This document shows positions 35,601-44,216 of a stretch of 64,000 bases of DNA, piece by piece. The DNA is from Clostridia bacterium (GTDB taxonomy: Bacteria; Bacillota; Clostridia; Christensenellales; UBA1242), in contig JAFTMH010000004.1 in NCBI GenBank assembly GCA_017452445.1, positions 200,385 through 264,384 of the forward strand, written 5' to 3'. The position numbers and the translations under genes were made by a program. Within the stretch, counting starts at the first letter, position 1. Each line of letters begins with the position of its first letter. The notes below the pieces were generated by a model. The model did not search any database. It was not told the DNA's origin and saw only the letters and a list, made by a program, of their open reading frames with translations.

Positions 35601-37702
35601 GATGCAGATCCACCATGCTTTCTAGCATACAATGTTGAAACATCTTCTACATTTGAATTGTTTGTGGAACCCGGCTTATCCCAATATGCCGTAACTTTTC
35701 CTCTTGCAACATTGCATGCCGATGTTGGAATCAGTGTAGGCAACGAACCTGAATAAACACCAACCTTGTTATACCATTGTGAGCTTGTATAATATTGGTG
35801 TGGAAGCTGTGTAAGCAAAATATAATAGTATGTGCTTGAATAATCACCTGAATAGTAGACAGAAGACATTCTAACATTGACTGTGTTTGTCCAGTTTCCT
35901 GTAGTTGACAAGAATGTTCCGTTACATACTGCTGACAATGATTTTTTTGTTGCAGTAAGGCTAGAGTTGTTTCCGACAGCAGGTCTGGTTGACTTGTCTG
36001 ACATATAGTTGTTTGAAAATAAATCATCATACAAATATCCAACAATTTGCCCAACACTGCTTCCGCCATAAACCATACCCATGTTGATACAGTTTCTTAC
36101 ATGAACCCCCTCGTAAACATAAACCCAAGAGTATCCAAGTTTTCCGTTGTCCCAGTTTTTCCAAGAAAGGTCTACCTCTGTAAGTTCGCCTGCAATTCCT
36201 CCGACACAAATTACATCGCTGTCACTGCTTCCAATCTTACCAAAATTGATGCAGTTTGAAATGTAACCACGACCATGATCTGCACCGTCATCATCAAGTG
36301 AATATCCGAGAATTCCACCAACAAATTTAACCTGATAACTTGCTGTTGAAAACCAAACATCACCATAGTTGATACATTCTGTAATATAAGAATAGTTTGA
36401 TGCTGTTTGTCCAACAATTCCACCAAAGCCACCTGCAGAATTTTCTTCTTTTGTTAAACGAAGGGCCAAATTCCCCCAGTTTGCAGCACCCTCAATTTTA
36501 AGATTGCCTGAAGTATCACAAGATCCAACCAATCCACCAACGCACATAATATGCGCTTCGTTGATTGAAATGTCTGAATAGTTGATTCCACAATAAATAT
36601 ACAATCCTTGACTGCCAGAATGTTTTCCAATAAGTCCACCAACGGCAGCGTTTCCAGACCTAATCCACAAACTTCCAGTCTGCTCTAATTTTCCTGAAAA
36701 AATAACATTTCTAAGATTGCACGCAGCGGCTGACCTTCCAATAATTCCCCCTACATGGAAATATTGATAGTTGTCATTGTGTGGGTTGTCTGTCGATGTT
36801 GGCTGAGAAATTGTAATATCTCCATAATTGCAGGTAAAATCAACATCCAATTCTCCCGAGCTGTAACCAATCAATCCACCACAATAAAGGTCTGCATTTT
36901 TTGACTCTCTACTCTGATTTGAAGCAGAAACTTCAATATCTCCATAACATACGCAGTCGTCAACATCCAATGATCCTGATGAATAACCAACAAAGTTTGA
37001 TATGTATGCAGATTCAAATGGCAACTGATCCCAACTTCTGTTGTAAGTGAGTTTAGATCCCTCCAAAATTGTTACGGTGTCAAGTTTTGTTGACCCCATA
37101 TTTCGACCAACAATTCCACCAGCATAACAACTTTCAGTTTCCCAAAATCCATCTTCGGTAATTGCATACACGGTCAAATTGTATTTAATTTTCAAGTTTT
37201 TGATTGTTGCTCCTTCGGTATAACCAAACAATCCCATATACTGCCTTGAGTCATCTTCATAGACTCTCATTGTCAAACCATTGATAGTAAAACCACTACC
37301 GTCAAAAACCCCTTTGAAGTGATTTGACTGAAATGTTTTGTTTTCAACACCGATAGGAAACCAATAGTGTGCTGACAAGTCAATGTTGTTCATCAATTTG
37401 TAATACAAAGTATTGTGATATGATCCAGACTGAGTTTTGTAATAATTATTAATCCACATTGCCACATTGGCAAGATCTGTTCCATCATAAATTTTCAAAG
37501 GATCTGACGAAGTCCCTGAACCATGGGCAATGTTGTCTGTATAACTGCTCCAGTTGCCTGACGCCTTTGGCTCAATCACCTCGCCAATTTCTTCTTCTGG
37601 CACGGCATCAGGAGCAACTCTGTCGACAATAATATAAGTGCCACCAAACACGAGTGTCACTGAAAATAATAATGAAAATACAAAAATCAAAAGCTTCTTC
37701 AT
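32630..37702 (-). CDS. giant GLUG-motif surface protein (about 1690 aa) with N-terminal signal anchor
   Basis: MKKLLIFVFSLLFSVTLVFGG at the N-terminus. At least 8 GG(I/L)(I/V)G motifs at aa about 140-545 (36095-37312). A second FKGTFDG...GLFGY...MIAGY module starts at 33421. Track start 37729 is TTG; ATG 37702 is preferred. Terminator 32599-32629. Confidence 0.8.
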   Translation of the reverse strand: MKKLLIFVFSLLFSVTLVFGGTYIIVDRVAPDAVPEEEIGEVIEPKASGNWSSYTDNIAHGSGTSSDPLKIYDGTDLANVAMWINNYYKTQSGSYHNTLYYKLMNNIDLSAHYWFPIGVENKTFQSNHFKGVFDGSGFTINGLTMRVYEDDSRQYMGLFGYTEGATIKNLKIKYNLTVYAITEDGFWETESCYAGGIVGRNMGSTKLDTVTILEGSKLTYNRSWDQLPFESAYISNFVGYSSGSLDVDDCVCYGDIEVSASNQSRESKNADLYCGGLIGYSSGELDVDFTCNYGDITISQPTSTDNPHNDNYQYFHVGGIIGRSAAACNLRNVIFSGKLEQTGSLWIRSGNAAVGGLIGKHSGSQGLYIYCGINYSDISINEAHIMCVGGLVGSCDTSGNLKIEGAANWGNLALRLTKEENSAGGFGGIVGQTASNYSYITECINYGDVWFSTASYQVKFVGGILGYSLDDDGADHGRGYISNCINFGKIGSSDSDVICVGGIAGELTEVDLSWKNWDNGKLGYSWVYVYEGVHVRNCINMGMVYGGSSVGQIVGYLYDDLFSNNYMSDKSTRPAVGNNSSLTATKKSLSAVCNGTFLSTTGNWTNTVNVRMSSVYYSGDYSSTYYYILLTQLPHQYYTSSQWYNKVGVYSGSLPTLIPTSACNVARGKVTAYWDKPGSTNNSNVEDVSTLYARKHGGSASGWNNSTSTINFRYLRGASYTGDRYLEAMKVVTTNTDNFTARGFVINSGHDATKNQQGLDIYGTYTSGATNYLQFRGFTDSVATTIQLKFYYDAVGKSLANSSGTPVSSKKKDIAQSASDTTEYNVLTPKLKKNSRTNNYTFYYNDTVGFEVTPSFGYRFAGLLAGDSATLSSSNAVTKITNTALGKYVTGTTGGFTYTYKQKYFVWQFDKVEYTLAFVDSQSTSGASPKIAEEESDKTPKKLSDSVQTDYSTTMKFVVTGGYVQASDNNDLSLENIAYGYRYNIKCGFSTGWASTNSYSNLLSNNLGKVDLHMDELTRYLSSVSGAINQNKIYVYVSKTAIELDVTLHNIVQMYNQHQNTQSANHIYYINNYDGMPAFSNSTKKSVGGESFFYNSDGSRVDTVTFSRDCSEDSNWRVSLKDSEYKTGSRRLYLLSKDGYIVYGQENALKTVGIRVLYSKLNNGVVETVDYPEAFSSVGLNVAMSGEGGDLLAVFHAIVKKVCKYSSEHVITNENQGVDYLEDNGIHIYVPYVLQDYILDVGIQEISGNSMPSSEVKYYKYGATVPANPSTAVSVITDSATADAVNVKVLYYYAPVTLKAKDFFANTEKAYKFVGWYLRDGEDSYRLLSTKTEYKFFVDPSLTKALAFAGGDGLRIVAKYNASAKTSGASLPMVGKSYTLASTDALKLFSEMVAGGQSFEGRIVKLTANLTFEDDEVFTPIGTKQTPFKGTFDGQNYTISNINFGETNTQKGVGLFGYVENATIKNVTVANSRVKGFSYVGMIAGYAVNTKFENVHANECILETANISTYNIYAEIMEGNKVVYPIDDAERGSSLNYEELEGESDFENEIEKRECFSSLIGYAKGCKLFMTSVRSSDASNFLIKLENTLFFDEDDDVKSGFYFGYLIGKAEDGTTIDQSYVDAQKAYDGIPLHNGASLSNCYYRYRSPGTTKEVFYKNTSTQYAKADLKNHPNIWLEINGRWVLQIFYWN

Positions 37703-37708
37703 ATTGTT

Positions 37709-37736
37709 ATTATATACATAAAACAACAATTCTCAA
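37709..37736 (-). promoter_or_regulatory. promoter for the GLUG giant gene, with the -10 box 6 nt from the ATG
   Basis: Minus strand: TTGAGA (37736-37731), 16-nt spacer, TATAAT (37714-37709), then AACAAT and ATG 37702. Confidence 0.55.
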
Positions 37737-37757
37737 AATATTTTGACATTTTTTTCG

Positions 37758-37778
37758 TTTAATTAATAAAATTAATTA
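37758..37778. repeat. TTAATTAA-N5-TTAATTAA element upstream of the GLUG gene promoter
   Basis: TTAATTAA at 37758-37765 and 37771-37778. Each copy is itself palindromic. The element lies 22-42 bp upstream of the putative -35. Confidence 0.5.
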
Positions 37779-37861
37779 ATCAAAATTATTAAAAATTGCC
37801 ATCAAAAAACAAAAACAATTTCTTTACTCGTATTTTTCGCATAGAAAAATTTCAACAAAAC

Positions 37862-37892
37862 AAAATAAACGACAATAATTTGCCGTTTATTT
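37862..37892 (-). terminator. possible terminator after parC
   Basis: Stem ATAAACG (37865-37871) pairs with CGTTTAT (37884-37890) with a 12-nt loop, then TTTGTTTTGTT on the minus strand. Confidence 0.45.
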
Positions 37893-37904
37893 TTGCTCTT
37901 ATTT

Positions 37905-40577
37905 TTAGTCAATATAACTGTAAACACCAAGGAATTTTTTCTTGATTTCTTCACTTCCAACAGCCAATCTGTCAGATGAAATTTTAATCTTTTTCTTTTC
38001 AATCACTTCAAATTTCAAGCCATGATCAACCACTGTTTTTTCGTCTGTTCCGACATATGCAACTGCCTTGCCTGACTTGTCAAAATTGATGTATTTTACA
38101 CCCTTTCTGTATCTCGAAGCAATAGGGATTTGAAGTGCACTCAATCTCTTTACAAAGCCATTGTTTGTCACAATCAAATAGTCATCTGCAGCATTTTGTC
38201 CTGCCCAAACAACACTGTCTTTATCGTCCAAATTGATGCCTTTTACCCCACCAGAAACTCTGCCTTGAACAGCAACTTCACTCTTTTCAAAACTCAAACA
38301 GTTTCCGTTTTTTGTAAAGAAAACAAATGTCTTGCCTTTAAGTTCGTGTTCGACATTGATAAGTTTGTCACCATCTGCAAGTTTGATTGCTTGATAATAT
38401 GTTTTTGCAACAATCATATCTTTTTCGGTTGAGCGTTTTACAACACCATTTTGAGTGAAGAACACAAGTTCGCCTTCACCTTCAACCTTTACAACAGCAA
38501 CAGGAGTTTCCATAATGTCAATCGCCTTGTCGAGTTGTTTGATTGCCATGCCTTTTTCACGCCACTTGCACTCGTTTATCTTGTCAACAGACATCTTGAT
38601 ACAATTTCCTCTGTCTGTAAAGATAAGCACTGTGTCAGTTGCCTTTACAGGAAGAAGGTTTGTGTGCACATCAAACAAAGTCGAACTGTCACCTATTGTT
38701 TTTTGCGATTTAGAATAGTTCTTTTCGCTAACTTTCTTCAATGTCTTGCCAGCAGAAAGAGTGATAAGATAGTCTTTTGTGTCTTCCATATCTTCAATCT
38801 TTGACAAAACAATTTCGTCTGACTTGATTTCTTTTGATCTTCTTGGAGTGTTAAATCTCTTCTTGATTTCCAAGATTTCTTTCTTAACAACTTCAAATTG
38901 AAGTTTCTTAGAAGCCAAAATTGCTTCCAACTCTTTGATTCTTGCTTTAAGTTGTTTCAACTCTTCTTCAAGTTTTGTAACTTCCAAATTTACAAGTCTT
39001 GCAAGTCTCATGTCGAGGATTGCTTGTGCTTGCTTGTCTGACAACTTAAACTTTTCTTTCAATCTTTGCTTTGCTTCTGAAACATTTGCTGATGTTTTGA
39101 TAATCTTAATCACAGCATCAATGTTTTTGATTGCAATCAAAAGGCCTTCTACGATATGCTCTCTTTCTTTGGCAAGGTTGAGATCATATTTAGTTCTTCT
39201 GACAACAACATCTCTTTGGAATGCTGTGTAATAAGAAATAATGTCCATCAAGCCCAAAAGTTTTGGCTTGCCACCTGCAATCGCAACCATGTTGATCGCA
39301 TAAGACATTTGCATATTTGTTGATTGAAACAAATATCCCAAAATCTTCTTTGCATTTGCTTCTTTCTTCAAGCGAATAACAGCTCTCATTCCGTTTCTGT
39401 CACTTTCATCACGGATTTCGCTGATAACAGAAAGTTTGTCTTTGTTTTTCTCTTTGAGTTCGGCAATCTTTTGAAGCAAAACTGCTTTGTTTACTTGATA
39501 AGGAAGTTCGGTGATAACCAAACTTTGTTTATCCCCTGCTTGCTCGATGCAAACTTTTGCACGGATAGTGATTTTGCCCTTTCCTGTTTCGTAAGCAGAT
39601 TTAATGCCATCACCCAAAATAAGTTCGCCACCGGTTGGGAAGTCTGGTCCTTTGATGATTTTCATCATCTTGTCCAAAGTGATGTTTGGATTGTCGATAT
39701 AAGCCACAACACCATCAATGACTTCGCCAAGGTTGTGTGGTGGAATGTTTGTTGCAACACCTACAGCAATACCAGAAGTTCCGTTGACAAGCAAGTTTGG
39801 AAATCTTCCTGGCAAAACATCTGGTTCTTTCAAAGTGTCATCAAAGTTGAGTCCCCAACGGATTGTATCTTTGTCAAGGTCTCTTAAAAGTTCCATTGCA
39901 AGAGGTGTCATTCTTGCTTCTGTATATCTCATCGCAGCAGCACTGTCCCCGTCCATCGAACCAAAGTTTCCGTGACCATCAACAAGTGGAGCACGAAGCA
40001 CAAAATCTTGCGACATTCTTACCATTGCATCATAAACCGAACTATCGCCGTGTGGGTGATATTTACCCATACAGTCGCCGACAATTCTGGCAGATTTTCT
40101 GTAAGGTTTGTCTGGTGTAAGACCAAGTTCGAGCATAGAATACAAAATTCTTCTTTGAACTGGCTTCAATCCATCTTCAACTCTTGGCAAGGCTCTGTCC
40201 ATAACAACATGTTCGGTGTAAGGGATCATAGAATCGTGCAAAACTTGTTCGAGTGGCTTAAACAAAATGCCATTCGAGCCATAGTTTCCACCATTTCCCC
40301 CATTGCCGTTGTCATCACCTTCGCCTTGTTCAACTGCTTCTTCTTGAACATCTGTTTCTGTTTTTGCTGTTGACTTCTTTTCCTTTGGTGCAGTTGTAGA
40401 AACAGAAGATTTTTCTTCTGCCAAAGCCCAAATATCAATTTGTCCATCAAGTTTCAACTGTTCAACAGGTTTTTCTTCTTCCTTTTGAGGCACGAGAAGT
40501 TCGTCATAACACATTTGACCTTCAATAGGTTCAATCACTGTCGGCTTAAATTCTTCGTCTTTTTTCTTTTTGCTCAT
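37905..40577 (-). CDS. parC: type IIA DNA topoisomerase subunit A (ParC/GyrA family; probably topoisomerase IV ParC) with about 103-aa N-terminal extension
   Basis: [33 protein letters not shown] found no GyrA-box (QRRGGKG) in the C-terminal beta-pinwheel. Not in a dnaA/recF context. The ParC versus GyrA choice is inference. Confidence 0.85.
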   Translation of the reverse strand: MSKKKKDEEFKPTVIEPIEGQMCYDELLVPQKEEEKPVEQLKLDGQIDIWALAEEKSSVSTTAPKEKKSTAKTETDVQEEAVEQGEGDDNGNGGNGGNYGSNGILFKPLEQVLHDSMIPYTEHVVMDRALPRVEDGLKPVQRRILYSMLELGLTPDKPYRKSARIVGDCMGKYHPHGDSSVYDAMVRMSQDFVLRAPLVDGHGNFGSMDGDSAAAMRYTEARMTPLAMELLRDLDKDTIRWGLNFDDTLKEPDVLPGRFPNLLVNGTSGIAVGVATNIPPHNLGEVIDGVVAYIDNPNITLDKMMKIIKGPDFPTGGELILGDGIKSAYETGKGKITIRAKVCIEQAGDKQSLVITELPYQVNKAVLLQKIAELKEKNKDKLSVISEIRDESDRNGMRAVIRLKKEANAKKILGYLFQSTNMQMSYAINMVAIAGGKPKLLGLMDIISYYTAFQRDVVVRRTKYDLNLAKEREHIVEGLLIAIKNIDAVIKIIKTSANVSEAKQRLKEKFKLSDKQAQAILDMRLARLVNLEVTKLEEELKQLKARIKELEAILASKKLQFEVVKKEILEIKKRFNTPRRSKEIKSDEIVLSKIEDMEDTKDYLITLSAGKTLKKVSEKNYSKSQKTIGDSSTLFDVHTNLLPVKATDTVLIFTDRGNCIKMSVDKINECKWREKGMAIKQLDKAIDIMETPVAVVKVEGEGELVFFTQNGVVKRSTEKDMIVAKTYYQAIKLADGDKLINVEHELKGKTFVFFTKNGNCLSFEKSEVAVQGRVSGGVKGINLDDKDSVVWAGQNAADDYLIVTNNGFVKRLSALQIPIASRYRKGVKYINFDKSGKAVAYVGTDEKTVVDHGLKFEVIEKKKIKISSDRLAVGSEEIKKKFLGVYSYID

Positions 40578-40592
40578 CTAAAACTCCAAAAC

Positions 40593-42548
40593 TTAATCAA
40601 TTTTCTTGTAATCTCTCATAAATGTATCTTCTCTGTCGAAGTTTGCATGTTCGCCAATATATGCCTTTCTGCCTTCGATGTCATCACCCATAAGTGTTGT
40701 GATCATCTTTTCGGCTCTTGCAGCATCTTCAATTGTCACTTGCACCAAAGTTCTGTTTTCTGGATCCATAGTTGTTTCCCAAAGTTGTTCTGGGTTCATT
40801 TCTCCAAGTCCTTTGTATCTTTGGATCATATAACCCTTTCCTGCAGAAGCAACTGCTTCGGCAAGTTCGGCATCAGAATAAACATATTTTTCGTAATCTT
40901 TTTTGTAAACTTTGTAAAGTGGTGGCAAACCAATAAACACATGTCCATCTGTGATAAGTGGTTTCATATAACGATAGAAGAATGTGCACAAAATTGCTCT
41001 GATGTGTGCACCGTCTTGATCGGCATCGGACAAGATGATGACTTTGTTGTATCTCAAACTTGAAAGGTCAAAATCTTCGCCAAATCCAGTGTCAAGTGCA
41101 GAGATAATTGTTCTGATTTCTTCATTTGCCAAAACTTGGTCAATACGCTTCTTTTCTGCATTGAGAGGTTTTCCTCTAAGTGGCAAAATCGCTTGATATC
41201 TTCTGTCACGACCTTGCTTTGCACTGCCACCGGCAGAATCCCCTTCCACGATAAACAACTCGCTCTTTGACTTATCTCTAGAAGTTGATGAGGCAAGTTT
41301 GCCAACGAGGTTAAAGTTTTCGGCATTGTTTTTTGCACGAGTAAGTTCTTTTGCTTTCTTTGCTGCAAGTCTAACTTTTGCTGCTTGTTTTGCTTTGTTT
41401 ACAATCACTTCTGCATAACTTGCGTTTTTCTTGTCATTCAAGATGTTTGACAACTCTTTGATTGTCAACGCTTCAACTTCTGTCCTTGCTTCAGGATTGC
41501 CAAGTTTTGTTTTTGTTTGCCCTTCAAACTGAACATTGCTCATTTTGACATTGATTACTGTTACAAGTCCTTCTCTAAAATCTTCGCCAAGAAGGTTTGG
41601 TTCTTTTTCTTTGAGCATGTTGTTTGCTCTTGCATAATCGTTAAACACCTTTGTCAAAGCACTCTTAAAGCCGATTTCGTGCATGCCACCTTCGGTTGTA
41701 GGAATGTTGTTGACATAAGAAAATGTGTTTTCTGTGTAAGAATCAGTTGAAATAAAACTTACTTCCAAATCAACAATTTTGCTTTCTGCAGCAAAATACA
41801 TTGGTGTTTTGAAGAGAGAAGTTTTGCCTTCCACCAAATAAGACACAAAGTCCTTGATGCCGCCTTCATAGTGATAATCCACCTTTTCTGCAGTGTTTTC
41901 ATCTTCAACTATGATGCGAAGCCCTTTGTTGAGAAAGGCCAACTCTCTCGCTCTTTGTGTGATAGTTTCAAAATTGAATGATTGTTTTCCAAACACTCTG
42001 TCATCTGGCAAAAACGAAACTGTTGTACCTGATGTTTTGCTTGTGCCAATCTCTTTGAGTGGAGCAACCGGCACACCACTGTGAATTTTGCCTCTGCCAT
42101 CTTCGTAAGAGTGAAATTCGATAAAGTATTTTTTGCCATTTTTGTTTACTGTAACTTTACACCATTTTGAAAGAGCGTTTGTGACTGAAGCACCAACACC
42201 ATGCAAACCACCAGAAAATTTGTAGTTTTCGTTGTTAAACTTTCCACCAGCATGCAAAGTTGTATAAACAACTTCAACACCACTCTTTTTCAAAGTTGGG
42301 TGCATGTCAACAGGGATACCACGACCGTTGTCTTCAACAGTTGCACTGCCATCTTTGTTGATCGTGATTTTGATTGTGTCACCATGTCCGTTTGAAATTT
42401 CGTCAATCGCATTGTCCACAATTTCCCAAAGAATATGGTGATAACCTCTTGCACTTGTTGTGCCAATATACATACCAGGACGAAGTCTGACTGCGTCAAG
42501 TCCATCCAAAACAACTATGTCTTTCGATTCGTATTTCTTTTCTGCCAT
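40593..42548 (-). CDS. parE: type IIA DNA topoisomerase subunit B (ParE/GyrB family; probably ParE)
   Basis: 651 aa. LDGLDAVRLRPGMYIG, GHKL ATPase and TOPRIM (EGDSAGG) motifs, PLRGK. Sits directly upstream of the A subunit. Confidence 0.85.
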   Translation of the reverse strand: MAEKKYESKDIVVLDGLDAVRLRPGMYIGTTSARGYHHILWEIVDNAIDEISNGHGDTIKITINKDGSATVEDNGRGIPVDMHPTLKKSGVEVVYTTLHAGGKFNNENYKFSGGLHGVGASVTNALSKWCKVTVNKNGKKYFIEFHSYEDGRGKIHSGVPVAPLKEIGTSKTSGTTVSFLPDDRVFGKQSFNFETITQRARELAFLNKGLRIIVEDENTAEKVDYHYEGGIKDFVSYLVEGKTSLFKTPMYFAAESKIVDLEVSFISTDSYTENTFSYVNNIPTTEGGMHEIGFKSALTKVFNDYARANNMLKEKEPNLLGEDFREGLVTVINVKMSNVQFEGQTKTKLGNPEARTEVEALTIKELSNILNDKKNASYAEVIVNKAKQAAKVRLAAKKAKELTRAKNNAENFNLVGKLASSTSRDKSKSELFIVEGDSAGGSAKQGRDRRYQAILPLRGKPLNAEKKRIDQVLANEEIRTIISALDTGFGEDFDLSSLRYNKVIILSDADQDGAHIRAILCTFFYRYMKPLITDGHVFIGLPPLYKVYKKDYEKYVYSDAELAEAVASAGKGYMIQRYKGLGEMNPEQLWETTMDPENRTLVQVTIEDAARAEKMITTLMGDDIEGRKAYIGEHANFDREDTFMRDYKKID

Positions 42549-42668
42549 AAATCACTCCATAAAATATTCCATATTAGTTTAACACAAAAAACAAAATACT
42601 TAAAACAAAAAACACATTTATTGCCAAAAAAAGCAATTTTTTCTAGAAAAACAGCGAAAAACAAGACC

Positions 42669-42697
42669 TTGACCCTTGCTTTGAAATGTGGTATAAT
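42669..42697 (+). promoter_or_regulatory. near-consensus extended -10 promoter for the 66-aa ORF
   Basis: TTGACC (42669-42674), 17-nt spacer ending in TGG, TATAAT (42692-42697). Confidence 0.7.
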
Positions 42698-42719
42698 GGT
42701 TTTGTAAGGAGAAAAAGTT

Positions 42720-42920
42720 ATGGCAAAATGGAGACCTATCTTGAAAACTAAAACTGTTTCTGGAAAACCTAAAAAAGGATTTTTTGAATCTTTGGGAGAA
42801 TTTTTCACTGGATTTTTTTCACTTTTTGCAAAACCTTTTTTGGCAGATGATTTCATTCGCACCTTTTCAGAAGAAGCCGGCATAATCGAAAAGAAAGACA
42901 AAGACGGCAAAAGCAAATAA
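42720..42920 (+). CDS. hypothetical 66-aa Phe-rich small protein
   Basis: AAGGAG SD 8 nt upstream. Near-consensus extended -10 promoter 42669-42697 and its own terminator 42934-42963. Basic N-terminus, FFESLGEFFTGFFSLFAKPF core, charged tail. Confidence 0.6.
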   Translation: MAKWRPILKTKTVSGKPKKGFFESLGEFFTGFFSLFAKPFLADDFIRTFSEEAGIIEKKDKDGKSK

Positions 42921-42933
42921 ATCAAATTTTTCA

Positions 42934-42963
42934 AAGAGCACCCGTTGAGGTGTTCTTTTTTTT
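42934..42963 (+). terminator. terminator after the 66-aa ORF
   Basis: 9-bp stem (42934-42942 with 42949-42957, one G-U pair), 6-nt loop, T8 run. Confidence 0.75.
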
Positions 42964-43101
42964 GCGTCAAAACAAATGATTGTCTGTTGCATAAATATTT
43001 ACACTTTGCATATTTATACATGTCAACAAATAATTATTCTTTTTATAAAATCGCCGATTGTTGCATATACTCTAATAAACAACCTTATGCACGGAGGCAT
43101 T

Positions 43102-44133
43102 ATGACAAAAATTGTTCTTACAGGTGGTGGCACAGCAGGACATATTTATCCGGCCCTTGCAGTCGCTGAAAAGTTGAAAGATTTTGAAATTCACTATATC
43201 GGTGGCAATGGTCTTGAAAAAGACATTGTCGCCCAACATGCAAACATCACTTATCATCAAATCCCAACCGTCAAACTTCAACGCAAACTGACTCTTAAAA
43301 ATTTGCTTATCCCCTTCAAATTGTTTAAGGCAATCAGAAAGGCAAAGCAAACTCTCAAACAAATTGATGCTGACATAATTTTTTCTAAAGGTGGATTTGT
43401 TGCAGTGCCAGTGTGCATAGCAGGCAAAAGTTTGCACCTGCCAATAATAAGTCACGAAAGCGACTTATCTCTCGGTCTTGCCAACAAAATCATTTTGAGA
43501 CAATGCTCCGTCATGTGCACTTCATTTGAAGAAACTGCCACCCATCATAGCAAATGCGTATACACCGGTCAGCCAATCAGATCGAAGATTTTTCACGGCA
43601 AAAAACTTTCTCTTTTTGAAAACAAAAAACCTTGCCTGCTGGTGCTTGGTGGCAGTTTGGGAGCAAAGTTTTTAAATGATATTATCTTTCAAAATCTTGA
43701 TGCCATCACAAAAAAATTCAACATCATTCACATAACTGGCAAAAACAATTTTCAAAAGATTGTCCACAAAGATTATCTGCCTTTGCCTTATGCAGAAAAC
43801 ATTGAAGATTGTTATGCAACTGCCGACATAGTTTTATGTCGTTCTGGAAGTGGTGTCATCAACGAACTTCTCGCACTCGAAAAACCTATGTTGCTTGCCC
43901 CACTTTCAAAGGCTTGCTCACGGGGAGACCAAATAGAAAATGCAAAATTATTTGAAAAACTTGGCTTTTGCAAAATGATTGAAGAAGAAGATTATACTTT
44001 TGACAAATTGAAAAAAGAATTGGATTATTTGTGCAAAAATTCGGCAAAAATCAAAGAAAAAATGCAAAGCACAGCAAAAAATAATGCTGTTGAAAATATT
44101 GTAAATATCATCAAAAATCACATAAAAGAGTGA
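43102..44133 (+). CDS. murG: UDP-N-acetylglucosamine--N-acetylmuramyl-(pentapeptide) pyrophosphoryl-undecaprenol N-acetylglucosamine transferase
   Basis: ATG 43102 with GGAGG SD. GGGTAGHIYPALAVAE motif. 343 aa. The track start 42976 is unsupported. Confidence 0.92.
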   Translation: MTKIVLTGGGTAGHIYPALAVAEKLKDFEIHYIGGNGLEKDIVAQHANITYHQIPTVKLQRKLTLKNLLIPFKLFKAIRKAKQTLKQIDADIIFSKGGFVAVPVCIAGKSLHLPIISHESDLSLGLANKIILRQCSVMCTSFEETATHHSKCVYTGQPIRSKIFHGKKLSLFENKKPCLLVLGGSLGAKFLNDIIFQNLDAITKKFNIIHITGKNNFQKIVHKDYLPLPYAENIEDCYATADIVLCRSGSGVINELLALEKPMLLAPLSKACSRGDQIENAKLFEKLGFCKMIEEEDYTFDKLKKELDYLCKNSAKIKEKMQSTAKNNAVENIVNIIKNHIKE

Positions 44134-44185
44134 TTTTTTGCAAAAAATTGGAATTTTTGCTTAGTTTTGAATATCTAAAAATCAA

Positions 44186-44216
44186 AAAAGACATTTTAAA
44201 AAATGTCCTTTTTTTA
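44186..44216. terminator. AT-rich bidirectional hairpin between murG and the S8 peptidase gene
   Basis: Stem GACATTT (44190-44196) pairs with AAATGTC (44201-44207). A-run upstream and T-run downstream. Confidence 0.5.

Noticed and set aside
37905-42548. Calling the topoisomerase pair gyrB/gyrA.
   Set aside because: No GyrA box was seen in the A-subunit C-terminal domain, and the locus is not near dnaA/dnaN/recF. parE/parC is preferred, but this cannot be proven from the sequence alone.
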